From Tichowtungia sp. (GTDB lineage: Bacteria > Verrucomicrobiota > Kiritimatiellia > Kiritimatiellales > Tichowtungiaceae): a DNA stretch of 56,172 nt. Positions 39,947-49,577 of this stretch are shown one piece after another; position 1 is the first letter of the stretch, and every line of letters starts with the position of its first letter. The stretch covers positions 1 through 56,172 of the forward strand of contig JBFHJU010000001.1 of assembly GCA_041595735.1 (NCBI GenBank), in the 5' to 3' direction. The position numbers were made by a program, and so were the translations under genes. Below the pieces are notes generated by a model, which was given only the letters and a program-made list of their open reading frames with translations, searched no databases and had not been told where the DNA came from.

Positions 39947-41461
39947 TTACTCGGTCTTCCAGATTTGAGACTCCCACGCATCCAGAAGCCCCTGATTCGT
40001 CGGCTCCAGACTCCATGTTGTGAGCTCACTGATTTTTGTTGTGTTTTGATAGCTGTATGCATGCAGAGTCAGCTTGTCCTGATAGTCCATGTACGCCCCG
40101 ACAACCGCCTGACGGTTATTCACAAACACCTCAACCAGATATTTATCGATAAAAATACGAAGGTCTAAATCTTCACCCTCCGGCAGATCAGCAACCGCAA
40201 AGGGAGCTTCGACACCGCCGACTTTGATGGTTCCTGCATTGGGTTTGATCACAATGGGAAAACCGTCCATCTCGTCATCCGCAAACAGAAGAAAGCCGAT
40301 TTTCTTACGCGCTGCCTGACTTCGCGGAATGATAATTTCGAGCTCGCAGGCTTCACCGGGAAGTTCCGCAATCTGCTGATATCCGCAAATCCCGTGTGTT
40401 TTTTTCGGAGTGTTGATTGTGATATCCAATTCTTTCTGCTCGTTCCGGCGAAGCGTCTCCAGTTCCTGAAGCGGCCGAATGCGCAATACGCCGTCTTCAG
40501 GCAGACTCAACTCACGGGGAAGACACTGCACAGACCGCCTGTAAATTGCGGAATAATACAAAGGAGTGCCGCCCGGAAGTATCTTTGAAGGCTTGTCAAA
40601 ATCAACATCGCCCGGAACGATCCACGCCCACATCACTCGACGGCCATCCGGAGTTAAAAAACTTTCCGGAGCAAAAAAATCAGGCCAGATGCCCTTGTTA
40701 TCGGGCACATCGCCCCGCTCCCAATTCATTCGCCCGGCCAATTCGGGAACAAACTTTTCAGCCGGAGCATCCCATTCGCCAATATAATAACGGCAACCCA
40801 ACACATGACTGATGCAAAGCAGCATCCATTTGTCGCCAATCGGGAAAAAATTGCCGCAGGAGAGATCCTCGCCAAACATGACGTCGTCCGGCTCCACATC
40901 AAACAGGTCTCCAACAAACGTCCAATTCTCGAGATCAGTGGATTTCATTATTTTAGGATCCCACCCGCCGTTGTAAGCATAATAGGTATCACCGATCAGG
41001 AAGCAGTCGGGATCCCAGTCGTGAATATTCACTTCATTTCCATTTGCATCCCGGGGGATCACCGGAACCGGGGTCTCCCAACGGTCCAGCAAATCATCGG
41101 CTGATACGGACGTATGAATTCTGCCGGTCGTAAACGTTCCCAAATGAAAAATAACCGCCGGGCGCCCTTCTTTTGTATAAAACCCGGTTCCACTGCAGAT
41201 ATTGTTGCCGGTAAAATTTCTGGACAGCGAGGTTTCGTGCCATTTCCAGTGCAACATATCCGGGCTGGACACATGTGCATACCCTTCCGACATGTAGTAA
41301 TGCAAATGATACTGGCCTTTCCAGAAAAAGGCGGCATTGGGATCCCCCACCGCATTGAACGTTCCGGCGTGCATCAAATGATAATTCAATACTAAATCAT
41401 CGGCAGCAAAACTTCGCCCAACCCCTAACAACATTAGCGAAAGAATAATAACCCTGAACAT
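39947..41461 (-). CDS. GH32-like glycoside hydrolase (beta-propeller plus beta-sandwich)
   Basis: GDPNAAF..G.YHL, HVSSPDMLHW, WDPD, FAPESF...DGRRVMWAW, LPREL, LRIFIDKYLVEVFVN. Confidence 0.82.
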   Translation of the reverse strand: MFRVIILSLMLLGVGRSFAADDLVLNYHLMHAGTFNAVGDPNAAFFWKGQYHLHYYMSEGYAHVSSPDMLHWKWHETSLSRNFTGNNICSGTGFYTKEGRPAVIFHLGTFTTGRIHTSVSADDLLDRWETPVPVIPRDANGNEVNIHDWDPDCFLIGDTYYAYNGGWDPKIMKSTDLENWTFVGDLFDVEPDDVMFGEDLSCGNFFPIGDKWMLLCISHVLGCRYYIGEWDAPAEKFVPELAGRMNWERGDVPDNKGIWPDFFAPESFLTPDGRRVMWAWIVPGDVDFDKPSKILPGGTPLYYSAIYRRSVQCLPRELSLPEDGVLRIRPLQELETLRRNEQKELDITINTPKKTHGICGYQQIAELPGEACELEIIIPRSQAARKKIGFLLFADDEMDGFPIVIKPNAGTIKVGGVEAPFAVADLPEGEDLDLRIFIDKYLVEVFVNNRQAVVGAYMDYQDKLTLHAYSYQNTTKISELTTWSLEPTNQGLLDAWESQIWKTE

Positions 41462-41497
41462 AAACACTCCTTTTCACCTGATAGATTGCACTTCTAG

Positions 41498-41513
41498 AAG
41501 GAACCGGTTCCTT
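41498..41513. promoter_or_regulatory. LacI-family operator in the promoter of the GH32 gene
   Basis: Perfect 16-bp palindrome AAGGAACCGGTTCCTT with central CG, directly 3' of TTGACT on the minus strand. Confidence 0.8.
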
Positions 41514-41591
41514 AGTCAATTTTTTTGCGAATTAAATAACTTAATTCACAGGATATCGTCTTCAAAAACCAACCGACCTGATTCTTTATCA

Positions 41592-43730
41592 TCAACATGA
41601 CGTCACAGAAAAATGGCCTCTGGACCGGCAGTCTTCTGCCGGCAGAAAATACGTTTCTATAAATGCCGAAACATCGCTGCGAAGCAGCTCCAGCGCAATG
41701 CGGACAGCCGTCCCGCCATCGCCTTGCCGGCAGCTGCCGGTAAAGGCCAGCGGGGGCGGATTCTGCGCATCCCATTGCTGATGCACATAGCGGTCGAGAC
41801 TGAAAGGCCCGATTACCTCAGCGGGATCTCCATCGGCAACCCATTGATCACTGCTGTCGAGAATTTCTTCAGAGCCGTCGTCATAGAGCAATTTGATGCG
41901 GGCGCAAAAGGCCTGGCGATTGTAAAGCGAGCCGGCCCGAACAACAGTGGCCTCAACAATGTTTACACCCTCCTTAAGATCCATTGAAACAGCATAGGGC
42001 GGCACTCCACCCAGTTCGCTCACGGCAGAGTTAACCGACAAATGAACCCGGTTTTCAGATGAGGCGCAGCACAGCAGAGCCTCTTTCAAGCCCGGACGGA
42101 CGGAAAAATCAAACCGGAAGCGGCACGGCTCAAACGGAAGCCAGGCATCCGCGCTCTTTCCGACAGCCCAGATCCAGTCCGCCCCATCCAGTGAAAGCGG
42201 AATCCGCGCCACGGCGGCCTGCTGATTTTTCAGGTCGGCACTCAAGACCGCATCCATCTCCTCAATCACTCGGGCCGGAATTTCAATGCCGTCATTCAGA
42301 AAGTCACGCATCACTTTAGCCAGATTGGTTTCGCGCAGGTGGCAGACATACGCAAACACCTTTTCTTTCAGCATCGCTGTTTCGCGCAAAGTTTCATCCG
42401 GCACCGCACCCCGTCCGATTTCCAAAGCCTGTTCAAACAGATTGACCGCCTGCTGACAGCGCAGCTGCACATCCTCCATCAGCCAGGGATGCGGCGGGGC
42501 ATTGTCGATCCGTATAAACGTGGCCCCGCGCGTGGAGCACCAGCTCGGCGTGGCACAATTCACGCCGCGTATGGTCGCCGCGCTCAAACTGTGTGAAACA
42601 TCCGCCAGCCCGAGACAGCGGATCCACCACGACACATCCCACGGAAAAATTTCATGGGCCTGCGACGCAATCTTCCAGAACTTAATTGCCGCATCCGAAG
42701 CGCCGGGAAGCTGCTTCAGGATTTCATCTTCGTCCATCTCGGGATTCATCATGGCCAGCGATGCCGCTTTCAGATTCGGGTCGGACTTCGTCGGATTCAG
42801 CCCGTAATATTCTTTCAATGCCGTCACTTCCGACACAGCCGCGATCGCTTTTACCTGCCGGATCACCAGCGGCGGGTGCGCCAGATTCTGGAAGGGCTCG
42901 GTTTCTTCGCAAGCCGCCCCCAGAAACGATTCGACCATCACCGGAATCCCGCGGTCGGCGGCCAGCCTGGCTGTATTTTTCAGCCAGCGGTCCACCGGCA
43001 TGCTGGCGATCACCTCGCCGACCGCCGAGTGCAGATCGATTCCGATTCCTTCCGCCAACAGGTTTTCCAAACATTGGAAAAGCTGCCCGCCGGACAGCTC
43101 CCAGGGCGACCACCACAGCAGCCCGTCCGGATGAAATGAACGCCAGGTCTTTGCCAGCGCCTCTACAAACGGCACCACCCGTTCATGCAGCGGGATGCCG
43201 CGCGTCCGGGCGCAGGTGCCGAACTCGCTGGTCAGCCACGCATCCTGATCAAAGGTGTAAACGAGAATGTCATCCACCTCGCTGTACTCTTCAGCAAACA
43301 CCGACAGCAGTTCCTCATAATAGGTCGTCGTTTCCGGGTCGAGCAGACTGCGGGCCTGCGGCCCCTCGAAATCGAGTCCGTCGTACTGTGCATTGTAGGG
43401 CGCGCCAAAATGAAAGATTGTACGAAAACCGAATTGCTTCGCCAGCGCCATGCGTTCGTGCAGCTGCTGGCGCCACTCCCCGCGCCGAGCCGCCACGCTG
43501 CGCAGCGGCAGGTCGGGCTGATTCAGCTCCTTCATCCGTCCCGGCGGCAGAGAGACCACGTCCTCCAGATTCAGCGGTTCGTCCGCCGGCCGCCCGCCCC
43601 AGGCGATGTTGAGCTGAATCGCATTAAACCCGAGATCCTTCAGACGCTGCAGATTTTCTTCTGTCCACGGCACATCCGGACACGACGGTGCACCCAGAAT
43701 CGCCACCCGGTATTTAAATCGGTCACTCAT
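41592..43730 (-). CDS. Hypothetical protein, probable TIM-barrel glycan-processing enzyme
   Basis: LQRLKDLGFNAIQLNIAW N-terminus typical of GH barrels; C-terminal beta-rich module (ADWIW...LKEGVN...SSDQW); operon context. Confidence 0.55.
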   Translation of the reverse strand: MSDRFKYRVAILGAPSCPDVPWTEENLQRLKDLGFNAIQLNIAWGGRPADEPLNLEDVVSLPPGRMKELNQPDLPLRSVAARRGEWRQQLHERMALAKQFGFRTIFHFGAPYNAQYDGLDFEGPQARSLLDPETTTYYEELLSVFAEEYSEVDDILVYTFDQDAWLTSEFGTCARTRGIPLHERVVPFVEALAKTWRSFHPDGLLWWSPWELSGGQLFQCLENLLAEGIGIDLHSAVGEVIASMPVDRWLKNTARLAADRGIPVMVESFLGAACEETEPFQNLAHPPLVIRQVKAIAAVSEVTALKEYYGLNPTKSDPNLKAASLAMMNPEMDEDEILKQLPGASDAAIKFWKIASQAHEIFPWDVSWWIRCLGLADVSHSLSAATIRGVNCATPSWCSTRGATFIRIDNAPPHPWLMEDVQLRCQQAVNLFEQALEIGRGAVPDETLRETAMLKEKVFAYVCHLRETNLAKVMRDFLNDGIEIPARVIEEMDAVLSADLKNQQAAVARIPLSLDGADWIWAVGKSADAWLPFEPCRFRFDFSVRPGLKEALLCCASSENRVHLSVNSAVSELGGVPPYAVSMDLKEGVNIVEATVVRAGSLYNRQAFCARIKLLYDDGSEEILDSSDQWVADGDPAEVIGPFSLDRYVHQQWDAQNPPPLAFTGSCRQGDGGTAVRIALELLRSDVSAFIETYFLPAEDCRSRGHFSVTSC

Positions 43731-45001
43731 TCAGACTCCTTAAAACAGCTCATCAGTTCTTCAGCAAAAAACGCATGCCCGCGGCCGTCCGGATGATTGT
43801 AGGAATTGGCCAGCAGCGTGACATACGGAATGCCCTGCTGATGCACCGTTTCCCAACGCGCCGATGCATCGGCCAGCGCGACATGATGCTCGGCGGCGAA
43901 GGACCGCAGGAACGCGGTATACGGCCGCTCATCGTTCAGACGGACGCCCTGCCCGCCCATCAGATCCGGATGGGTGAAATGCGGAGTAATCAAAATCATC
44001 TCCGAACCCATTGCGCGAATCTCGTCACGGATCAGATTGTAGTATTCCGGCAAGACCGCCGGATTAAGTCCAGCGTCGTTGACGAACTCCAGTGTGACCA
44101 GATCCGGCTTCAGCTCCAGCACCCGCCCGAAGTCCATCCCGCCGTTTTTGTCAGCCGGCGTTACGCTGCGCCAGTTGTTGATCCAGCGCGGCGACTGACT
44201 GCTGCCGACACTGATGTTGTGCACCGCGATGTCGGCCTTTGGAAACTGTTCCTTCAGCATCCGCTCAAAACGCGCGACATAAATCTGACTCTGATCTTTT
44301 ACATCCGCACCGACGGTGACGGAATCGCCCCAGCAGACCACGGTGAGTTTTTCGCCGGCTTTGAGCTTGCGCAGCGTCTCCGGAACCCGGCCGGCGGTGG
44401 TGCCGGTCTCGATTTTTTTTCCAAGGATTGGAAACAGATGCTCCGGTTCAACAGCCTCAGCATCGTACGGACGGTACACATTCATGATCGGGTTCCACCC
44501 GCCCGGCAGTGAGGGCGGCTCAATCGCCGCGACCCCGGGTTCTCCGATAAAGTACTTCAGAGTGCCGGCACCATCGGCAGCGATCGTATCGAGCCGGCGC
44601 ACGTGGTAAGCGTAGTCGGCAAACACCGCCTCGCGGTCCGCCACCGATGATCCGTCCGGCTTGCCCAGCAGCGCAAACGGAGCGGAGAGCAGATAGTCGG
44701 GGCCTTTTTCAAGAACGGTGCCGTCCGCTTTACGCATAACCAAGGACTCTTCGATCAGCGATCCATCCGCATTGATCTTGGCCGCGCGCGGCCCTTCCAG
44801 CTTGGTCCCGCGATGAAAGCCAGCCGGAACCGTCCTGGAGAGCAGCACTTTTTCGCCGGCCACCTGAACCGGCGGATTGTCCGGCACGGAAAATTCAACA
44901 GAAGAAAAAATGATCCGGTTGCCGTCCAGCACAGGCATTTCGGCGCAGCACACCGCGGCCCCGACTCCGGCAAAAACAAACGCTGTAAAAAATCTCATCA
45001 T
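43727..45001 (-). CDS. SGNH/GDSL esterase
   Basis: WGDSVT, LEFVND, NHPDGRGH blocks; signal peptide. Confidence 0.85.
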   Translation of the reverse strand: MMRFFTAFVFAGVGAAVCCAEMPVLDGNRIIFSSVEFSVPDNPPVQVAGEKVLLSRTVPAGFHRGTKLEGPRAAKINADGSLIEESLVMRKADGTVLEKGPDYLLSAPFALLGKPDGSSVADREAVFADYAYHVRRLDTIAADGAGTLKYFIGEPGVAAIEPPSLPGGWNPIMNVYRPYDAEAVEPEHLFPILGKKIETGTTAGRVPETLRKLKAGEKLTVVCWGDSVTVGADVKDQSQIYVARFERMLKEQFPKADIAVHNISVGSSQSPRWINNWRSVTPADKNGGMDFGRVLELKPDLVTLEFVNDAGLNPAVLPEYYNLIRDEIRAMGSEMILITPHFTHPDLMGGQGVRLNDERPYTAFLRSFAAEHHVALADASARWETVHQQGIPYVTLLANSYNHPDGRGHAFFAEELMSCFKESE

Positions 45002-45016
45002 CTATCCCTTTAAATG

Positions 45017-46921
45017 TCACTGCAGCAGCAGGTCGCAATTATTCTTCTCGTACAAAACCGTGGACTGAAAATCGGCAGGATTGGAGTCGGGGCGGCAGAC
45101 CGCTCTCAACAGGATTTCCCCGCTGCCGTCCGGAACCACCGGCGGGGTGTACGGAAAAAAGGTATCCATATATTTGCGCGGCCGGCCCTGCAGGTCCGAG
45201 CTTTTCCAGTTTTCAAACATCAGCCGGTTGTCGAACCATCCGGCCAGCGCCAGATTGCAGGTTTCAGAAACGGTCCACTGCATGTGGCCGGGATCCCCTT
45301 TCGTGGTTTCATACGGAATCGACAGGTAAGCGGTATCCCCCGACTCACTGAAAACAGACGACAAATCCATCGGCTCCTGAATGGTTTTCTTGCGGATTTT
45401 ACGCCAGGCGAGTGTCCTGCCGTTCACAACCACCGGCGCGGAATAGTCGATGTGCGGCTTGGCGAACAGTTGCTCCCGCACCTGCGCATCCCACTCCAGC
45501 GGGAAGCCCTCCAGCGCATACAGACACAGAACCGGCACATTGCCGAACGGACTCCAGTTCGCCTCGCTCTTTAACTCCGCGAGCCGCTTTTTCAAATGAA
45601 CGACGTTATCCGCAAAATCCGGGTTGTTCACTTCGTTGACCATCTCCTCCGGATCGTTTTTCAAATCGTACAGCTCCCAATGATCCAGCGTATCGAAATG
45701 AATCAGCTTAAAGCGGCCGGTTCGCACGGCCGTATGCGATTTGAACAGCGGCTGGTCGCGACAGCTCAGCGAGAAGAAAAAGTCTTCGCGCAGTGGCGCA
45801 TCCGACGTGCCGGTCAGCAGCGGCTTCCAGCTCCTGCCGTCCATCGTCTCCGGAACCGGCACCCCGCAGAAATCAAGAAGGGTCGGCGCGATATCCAGAT
45901 TGATGACCAGCTCATCATTCACCCCGCCGGCTCTGATGCCGCGCGGATACTGCACCAGCATCGGCACGCGCATAACGTGTTCATAGGCATAGTGCTTTTC
46001 AGTCAGCGCATGCTCGCCGTTGTTGTAGCCGTGATCCGAGGTGTAGATCACCAGCGTATCGTCCAGCAGCCCCTTCTCGTTGAGCGCATCGAGAACGGTC
46101 TTCACAGACTCATCAATGGAAAGTGCGCTGCGATAGTAGCTCTTTATGTAGTGATCCCAGGTCTTCCAATAGGGAATTCCGACGCCAAACGTGTGGATAT
46201 TGATCTGCGAACCGAGCAGCCCCCGCTTGCCGGTTATTTCCCAGTCCTCGTGATAGGAAGAGGGCGTTGGAATAGTCACCCCGTCGTAGGCATGCTCCAG
46301 CCGTTCAGGATAATGATACGGCAGGTGCGGAGATTTCAGCCCGACATACAGGAAAAACGGCTCGTCCTTTTTCGTTTCCGTTTTAATGTATTCCGCGGCC
46401 AGCCCGGAGATGCGGTCATCGGCAAACCCCTGGGTCGGACGCGGGGTTCCATTGATATAAATGGTAAGGTCCTCCGGATCGCCGACCCAGTCCCAGCTGG
46501 CCCAGTGGTCGAACCCTTTTTTCGGAATAGAGCCTTCCCCGAGATGAAACTTGCCGACATAAGCGGTTTGATAGCCCGCCTCATGCAGGTATTCCGGAAA
46601 CATGCGGGTGAATTCGAGAAAACTGCACGATTTTTCGTTGATGCGCGGCGCGCCGGTCCGCTCGGGATACATCCCGCTCAGAAAGCCGGCCCGCGACGGC
46701 GTGCACAGCGGCGAGGTGACAAAGGCGTTTTCGAACCGCACACCGTTTGCGGCGATCGAGTCGAGCGTCGGCGTTTTCATAAACTCGTGCCCCGCGCAGC
46801 TCATCAGGTCGGCCCGGTGGTCGTCCGACAGAATAAACACCACATTCGGTTTTTCCGCCGCTGCGGCGGAAAAACCCATGATCGCTGCCGCGATCATTAG
46901 GGTTTGTTTGCTGCAATTCAT
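45017..46921 (-). CDS. Formylglycine-dependent (S1) sulfatase
   Basis: KPNVVFILSDD, CTPSRAGFLSG (CxPxR), GKFHLG, YTSDHG, ELYDLKNDPEE; signal peptide. Confidence 0.93.
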   Translation of the reverse strand: MNCSKQTLMIAAAIMGFSAAAAEKPNVVFILSDDHRADLMSCAGHEFMKTPTLDSIAANGVRFENAFVTSPLCTPSRAGFLSGMYPERTGAPRINEKSCSFLEFTRMFPEYLHEAGYQTAYVGKFHLGEGSIPKKGFDHWASWDWVGDPEDLTIYINGTPRPTQGFADDRISGLAAEYIKTETKKDEPFFLYVGLKSPHLPYHYPERLEHAYDGVTIPTPSSYHEDWEITGKRGLLGSQINIHTFGVGIPYWKTWDHYIKSYYRSALSIDESVKTVLDALNEKGLLDDTLVIYTSDHGYNNGEHALTEKHYAYEHVMRVPMLVQYPRGIRAGGVNDELVINLDIAPTLLDFCGVPVPETMDGRSWKPLLTGTSDAPLREDFFFSLSCRDQPLFKSHTAVRTGRFKLIHFDTLDHWELYDLKNDPEEMVNEVNNPDFADNVVHLKKRLAELKSEANWSPFGNVPVLCLYALEGFPLEWDAQVREQLFAKPHIDYSAPVVVNGRTLAWRKIRKKTIQEPMDLSSVFSESGDTAYLSIPYETTKGDPGHMQWTVSETCNLALAGWFDNRLMFENWKSSDLQGRPRKYMDTFFPYTPPVVPDGSGEILLRAVCRPDSNPADFQSTVLYEKNNCDLLLQ

Positions 46922-46933
46922 TTTTACTCCTGT

Positions 46934-47031
46934 TTCCAATGGTTGGAAAATTATTGGCCGCCGGAACGTCCGGCTTCCAGGGTTTGGAAAAAATCGATTT
47001 CAACCCGGCCGGTTTTTTCCGAAGGGTGGAA
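46934..47031. repeat. Cluster of three TTCCAA-N3-TTGGAA-type palindromes
   Basis: 46934-46948 (perfect), 46975-46989 (one mismatch), 47017-47031 (two mismatches). Confidence 0.8.
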
Positions 47032-49350
47032 ACGGAACTGCCTCACCGCTCCTTTCCAGCCGGGATGGCCGGCCAGCGGAAGGGTGTATTCGTGAAATGC
47101 TCCGTCCGCAATCACGTCGAAATGAACGGCACAGGCCTCCGACCAGTCATCCGTAAACTCGTTCGTCCAGTAAAGCCGCCCCTTCGTGCCGGACTCCATC
47201 TTCATTCGGATTTTCAGTCCCGCCACGGCGGCGGCATTGAGCCCCAGATGCGGCGGCGAAACAAAGCCGGCATCGGTCGTCACCAGATCGGCCGACTCCA
47301 CCCCGTTTTCAATCTCCAGATGCCGTACCCCGCCGATCGGTCGCAGATACAGGCTCTGCCGGCCCTGCTCAAAATCGAGCGTGAGCCCTGTTGTAAAATC
47401 GTATTCCGCACCGTGGCGCTTTTCATAAAGTTCATAGAGATCATCGTGCGTCACCTTAGTGTCAAAACGGGCGACCTCTTCCGCTGTCGGCACAAACACT
47501 TCGTACGGCCCGCGCGCGCTGGTGAGCACATCGCGCACCGCGCTTAACCGTCCAAAACGGTACTGAATCCCCGGCTCGATCTGTCCGCCCTCGCCCCACT
47601 CGTTCCACGATTCAATCAGCGCCAGTTGATGATCCGGCTCAACGACGTTCGGCAGCATCTCAAGCATGTGCCGAAAGGCGGCCGGAGTATTGCCCGGCGT
47701 TCGGACCGATCCGGTTCGGCTGCGTCCGTAATCGTCCCAGCCCACCCAGGCGGTCGGAATGTAATCCAGACCGCGCGCGTGGGCTTCCTTGCGGGCAGTG
47801 GCAAAACTTTCTTCATGCCGCGGAATGGTCGTCTCGTAATCCACCAGAATGCTGCGCTCGTCGCGAGTCTGCTTCACATCGCGAAAGCCGTAAGCGTAAG
47901 GGGCGGTGGCATCGAAGCCGCCCTTCTGAAAATCCGGCAGATACGGCGTGTTGCTCAGCACCGCCACGAAATAGACGCCGGGATAGCCGTGCGTGCGGGC
48001 CAGCGCGCGCATCTCTTCGAGCACCCCGGCGCAGCCGTCCCATCCGCCGTGCGTATTGATCAGCTTGGTCGGTGTATGCAGAAAAACAACCGGCTTGCCG
48101 TCCACCCTCAGATAGTTATCATGAACGAAGTAGCGCTCGCAGAGCACCTCCATGAACGCCAGCATCGAGGGCGTCGACAGATCCTCCATTTTGTACTGGA
48201 TGCCGTGCCCCTCGGAGCACCAGTCGACGCAGAACTTCATCTTGTCCTTGAACCGGCTCCTGAGAAACCCTTTCTCCAGCGCATCGTTCAGGAAATCCAT
48301 GCCCTGGTTCCAGTACCAGTCGAACACAAAAAATTCGATCCCGTGGGTGACCGCCCAGTGAATATGCCAGTCGGCCACTTCCGGCAGCGCCTCGTCATAG
48401 TACCCGAGCAGCGGCTCCAGATAATCGACGGATCGGATGCCCCAGTCATGGCGATCCCAGTCGAGCATGACCGGAAAATAAAAACAGCCCAGTTGCAGGT
48501 CGTTGACCGGCAGAACCGGATCCGGCAGGTCGGCGGTGCGAGCCGGAACCTCTTTGGCAATCGCAGTGAACACAGGAGTGGAAGAAATGATCCTCTCAGC
48601 ACTCCCTCCGACACGACCCTTTATGGTACAGACCAGTTCCGCATCGGCGGATGCCGGAAGTCCATGCAGCACCAGCTCCCTGCGGAACACACCCTCATAC
48701 GCCAACTCGTCGATTTCAAACAGAAGATTTTCCGCACAGCGAACGCCGTCCGGCAGCGCTATCTTCACCTCCGCGTTTTTCAGGATCGCGTCCCCGCGAT
48801 TTTCAATGCGGACAATCAGCGGCCATTCATTTTCCGAAGCCTGCGCCGCATACAAATCCGCCGCGATGCGTTCTCCGACCGGCTCAATTTCCAAGCATTG
48901 GAAATCCTTGAACTCCGCACCCCAGCCGCCAGGAAAATTGATGAAGACGCGGGCCGCCACCGCCTTTGCAGGCGAAATGGCCTCAAACGCATACGGCTCC
49001 CAGTCCACTCCGATCAGCTTGCCCATCAGGTTGTATTCCTCGCTCAGGACCTTCCCGACCCCGTCCAGCCACTGCAGATTGAGGCGGAACGGCATATCGC
49101 CCTCCAGCCGGCGCACCCGAACTTCAAACCGGTAATTTTGCTGAGGATCCACTTTAAATCCGGCAGACTGCATCGTTATCCCAGGCAAGGAGTCCCGGGC
49201 ATCCAGTCGAAGCGTTCCGTTTCCCAATGGTTGGAAAACCTGCACATCCCCGTTAACAACCGACCATTCCGGAACCCTGGGAAAACAATCTTTTCCGTGA
49301 ACCAACAAAGTCGTCAGCACAAAAATCGGAATCCACTTCAAATAAGCCAT
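46951..49350 (-). CDS. GH99-like domain glycoside hydrolase with accessory beta-sandwich domains
   Basis: PLLGYYDE, HGIEFFVFDWYW, YLRVDGKPV, VGWD, SWNEWGEGGQIEP. Confidence 0.78.
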   Translation of the reverse strand: MAYLKWIPIFVLTTLLVHGKDCFPRVPEWSVVNGDVQVFQPLGNGTLRLDARDSLPGITMQSAGFKVDPQQNYRFEVRVRRLEGDMPFRLNLQWLDGVGKVLSEEYNLMGKLIGVDWEPYAFEAISPAKAVAARVFINFPGGWGAEFKDFQCLEIEPVGERIAADLYAAQASENEWPLIVRIENRGDAILKNAEVKIALPDGVRCAENLLFEIDELAYEGVFRRELVLHGLPASADAELVCTIKGRVGGSAERIISSTPVFTAIAKEVPARTADLPDPVLPVNDLQLGCFYFPVMLDWDRHDWGIRSVDYLEPLLGYYDEALPEVADWHIHWAVTHGIEFFVFDWYWNQGMDFLNDALEKGFLRSRFKDKMKFCVDWCSEGHGIQYKMEDLSTPSMLAFMEVLCERYFVHDNYLRVDGKPVVFLHTPTKLINTHGGWDGCAGVLEEMRALARTHGYPGVYFVAVLSNTPYLPDFQKGGFDATAPYAYGFRDVKQTRDERSILVDYETTIPRHEESFATARKEAHARGLDYIPTAWVGWDDYGRSRTGSVRTPGNTPAAFRHMLEMLPNVVEPDHQLALIESWNEWGEGGQIEPGIQYRFGRLSAVRDVLTSARGPYEVFVPTAEEVARFDTKVTHDDLYELYEKRHGAEYDFTTGLTLDFEQGRQSLYLRPIGGVRHLEIENGVESADLVTTDAGFVSPPHLGLNAAAVAGLKIRMKMESGTKGRLYWTNEFTDDWSEACAVHFDVIADGAFHEYTLPLAGHPGWKGAVRQFRFHPSEKTGRVEIDFFQTLEAGRSGGQ

Positions 49351-49438
49351 AACTTAAATTCCTTCATCAGCAGTCGCCATAAATTCGCGCCCTGATCCTA
49401 CCCGACTCCATATACCATAAGCTCTGCCCGCCACAAAC

Positions 49439-49487
49439 AGGAAGCGTTTCCTTCAGGCAATTAAAAGTGAAACAGGAACCGATTCCT
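49439..49487. promoter_or_regulatory. Two LacI-family operators in the divergent promoter region
   Basis: AGGAAGCGTTTCCT (49439-49452) and AGGAACCGATTCCT (49474-49487); the second abuts TTGACT on the minus strand as at 41498. Confidence 0.78.
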
Positions 49488-49577
49488 AAGTCAATTTTTT
49501 TTCATTCAACGCATAATCCGCTTGTTCTAAGATCCACGATACGAAAGAGTTAAATTTTCAAAAGCAACAACAGCAAT

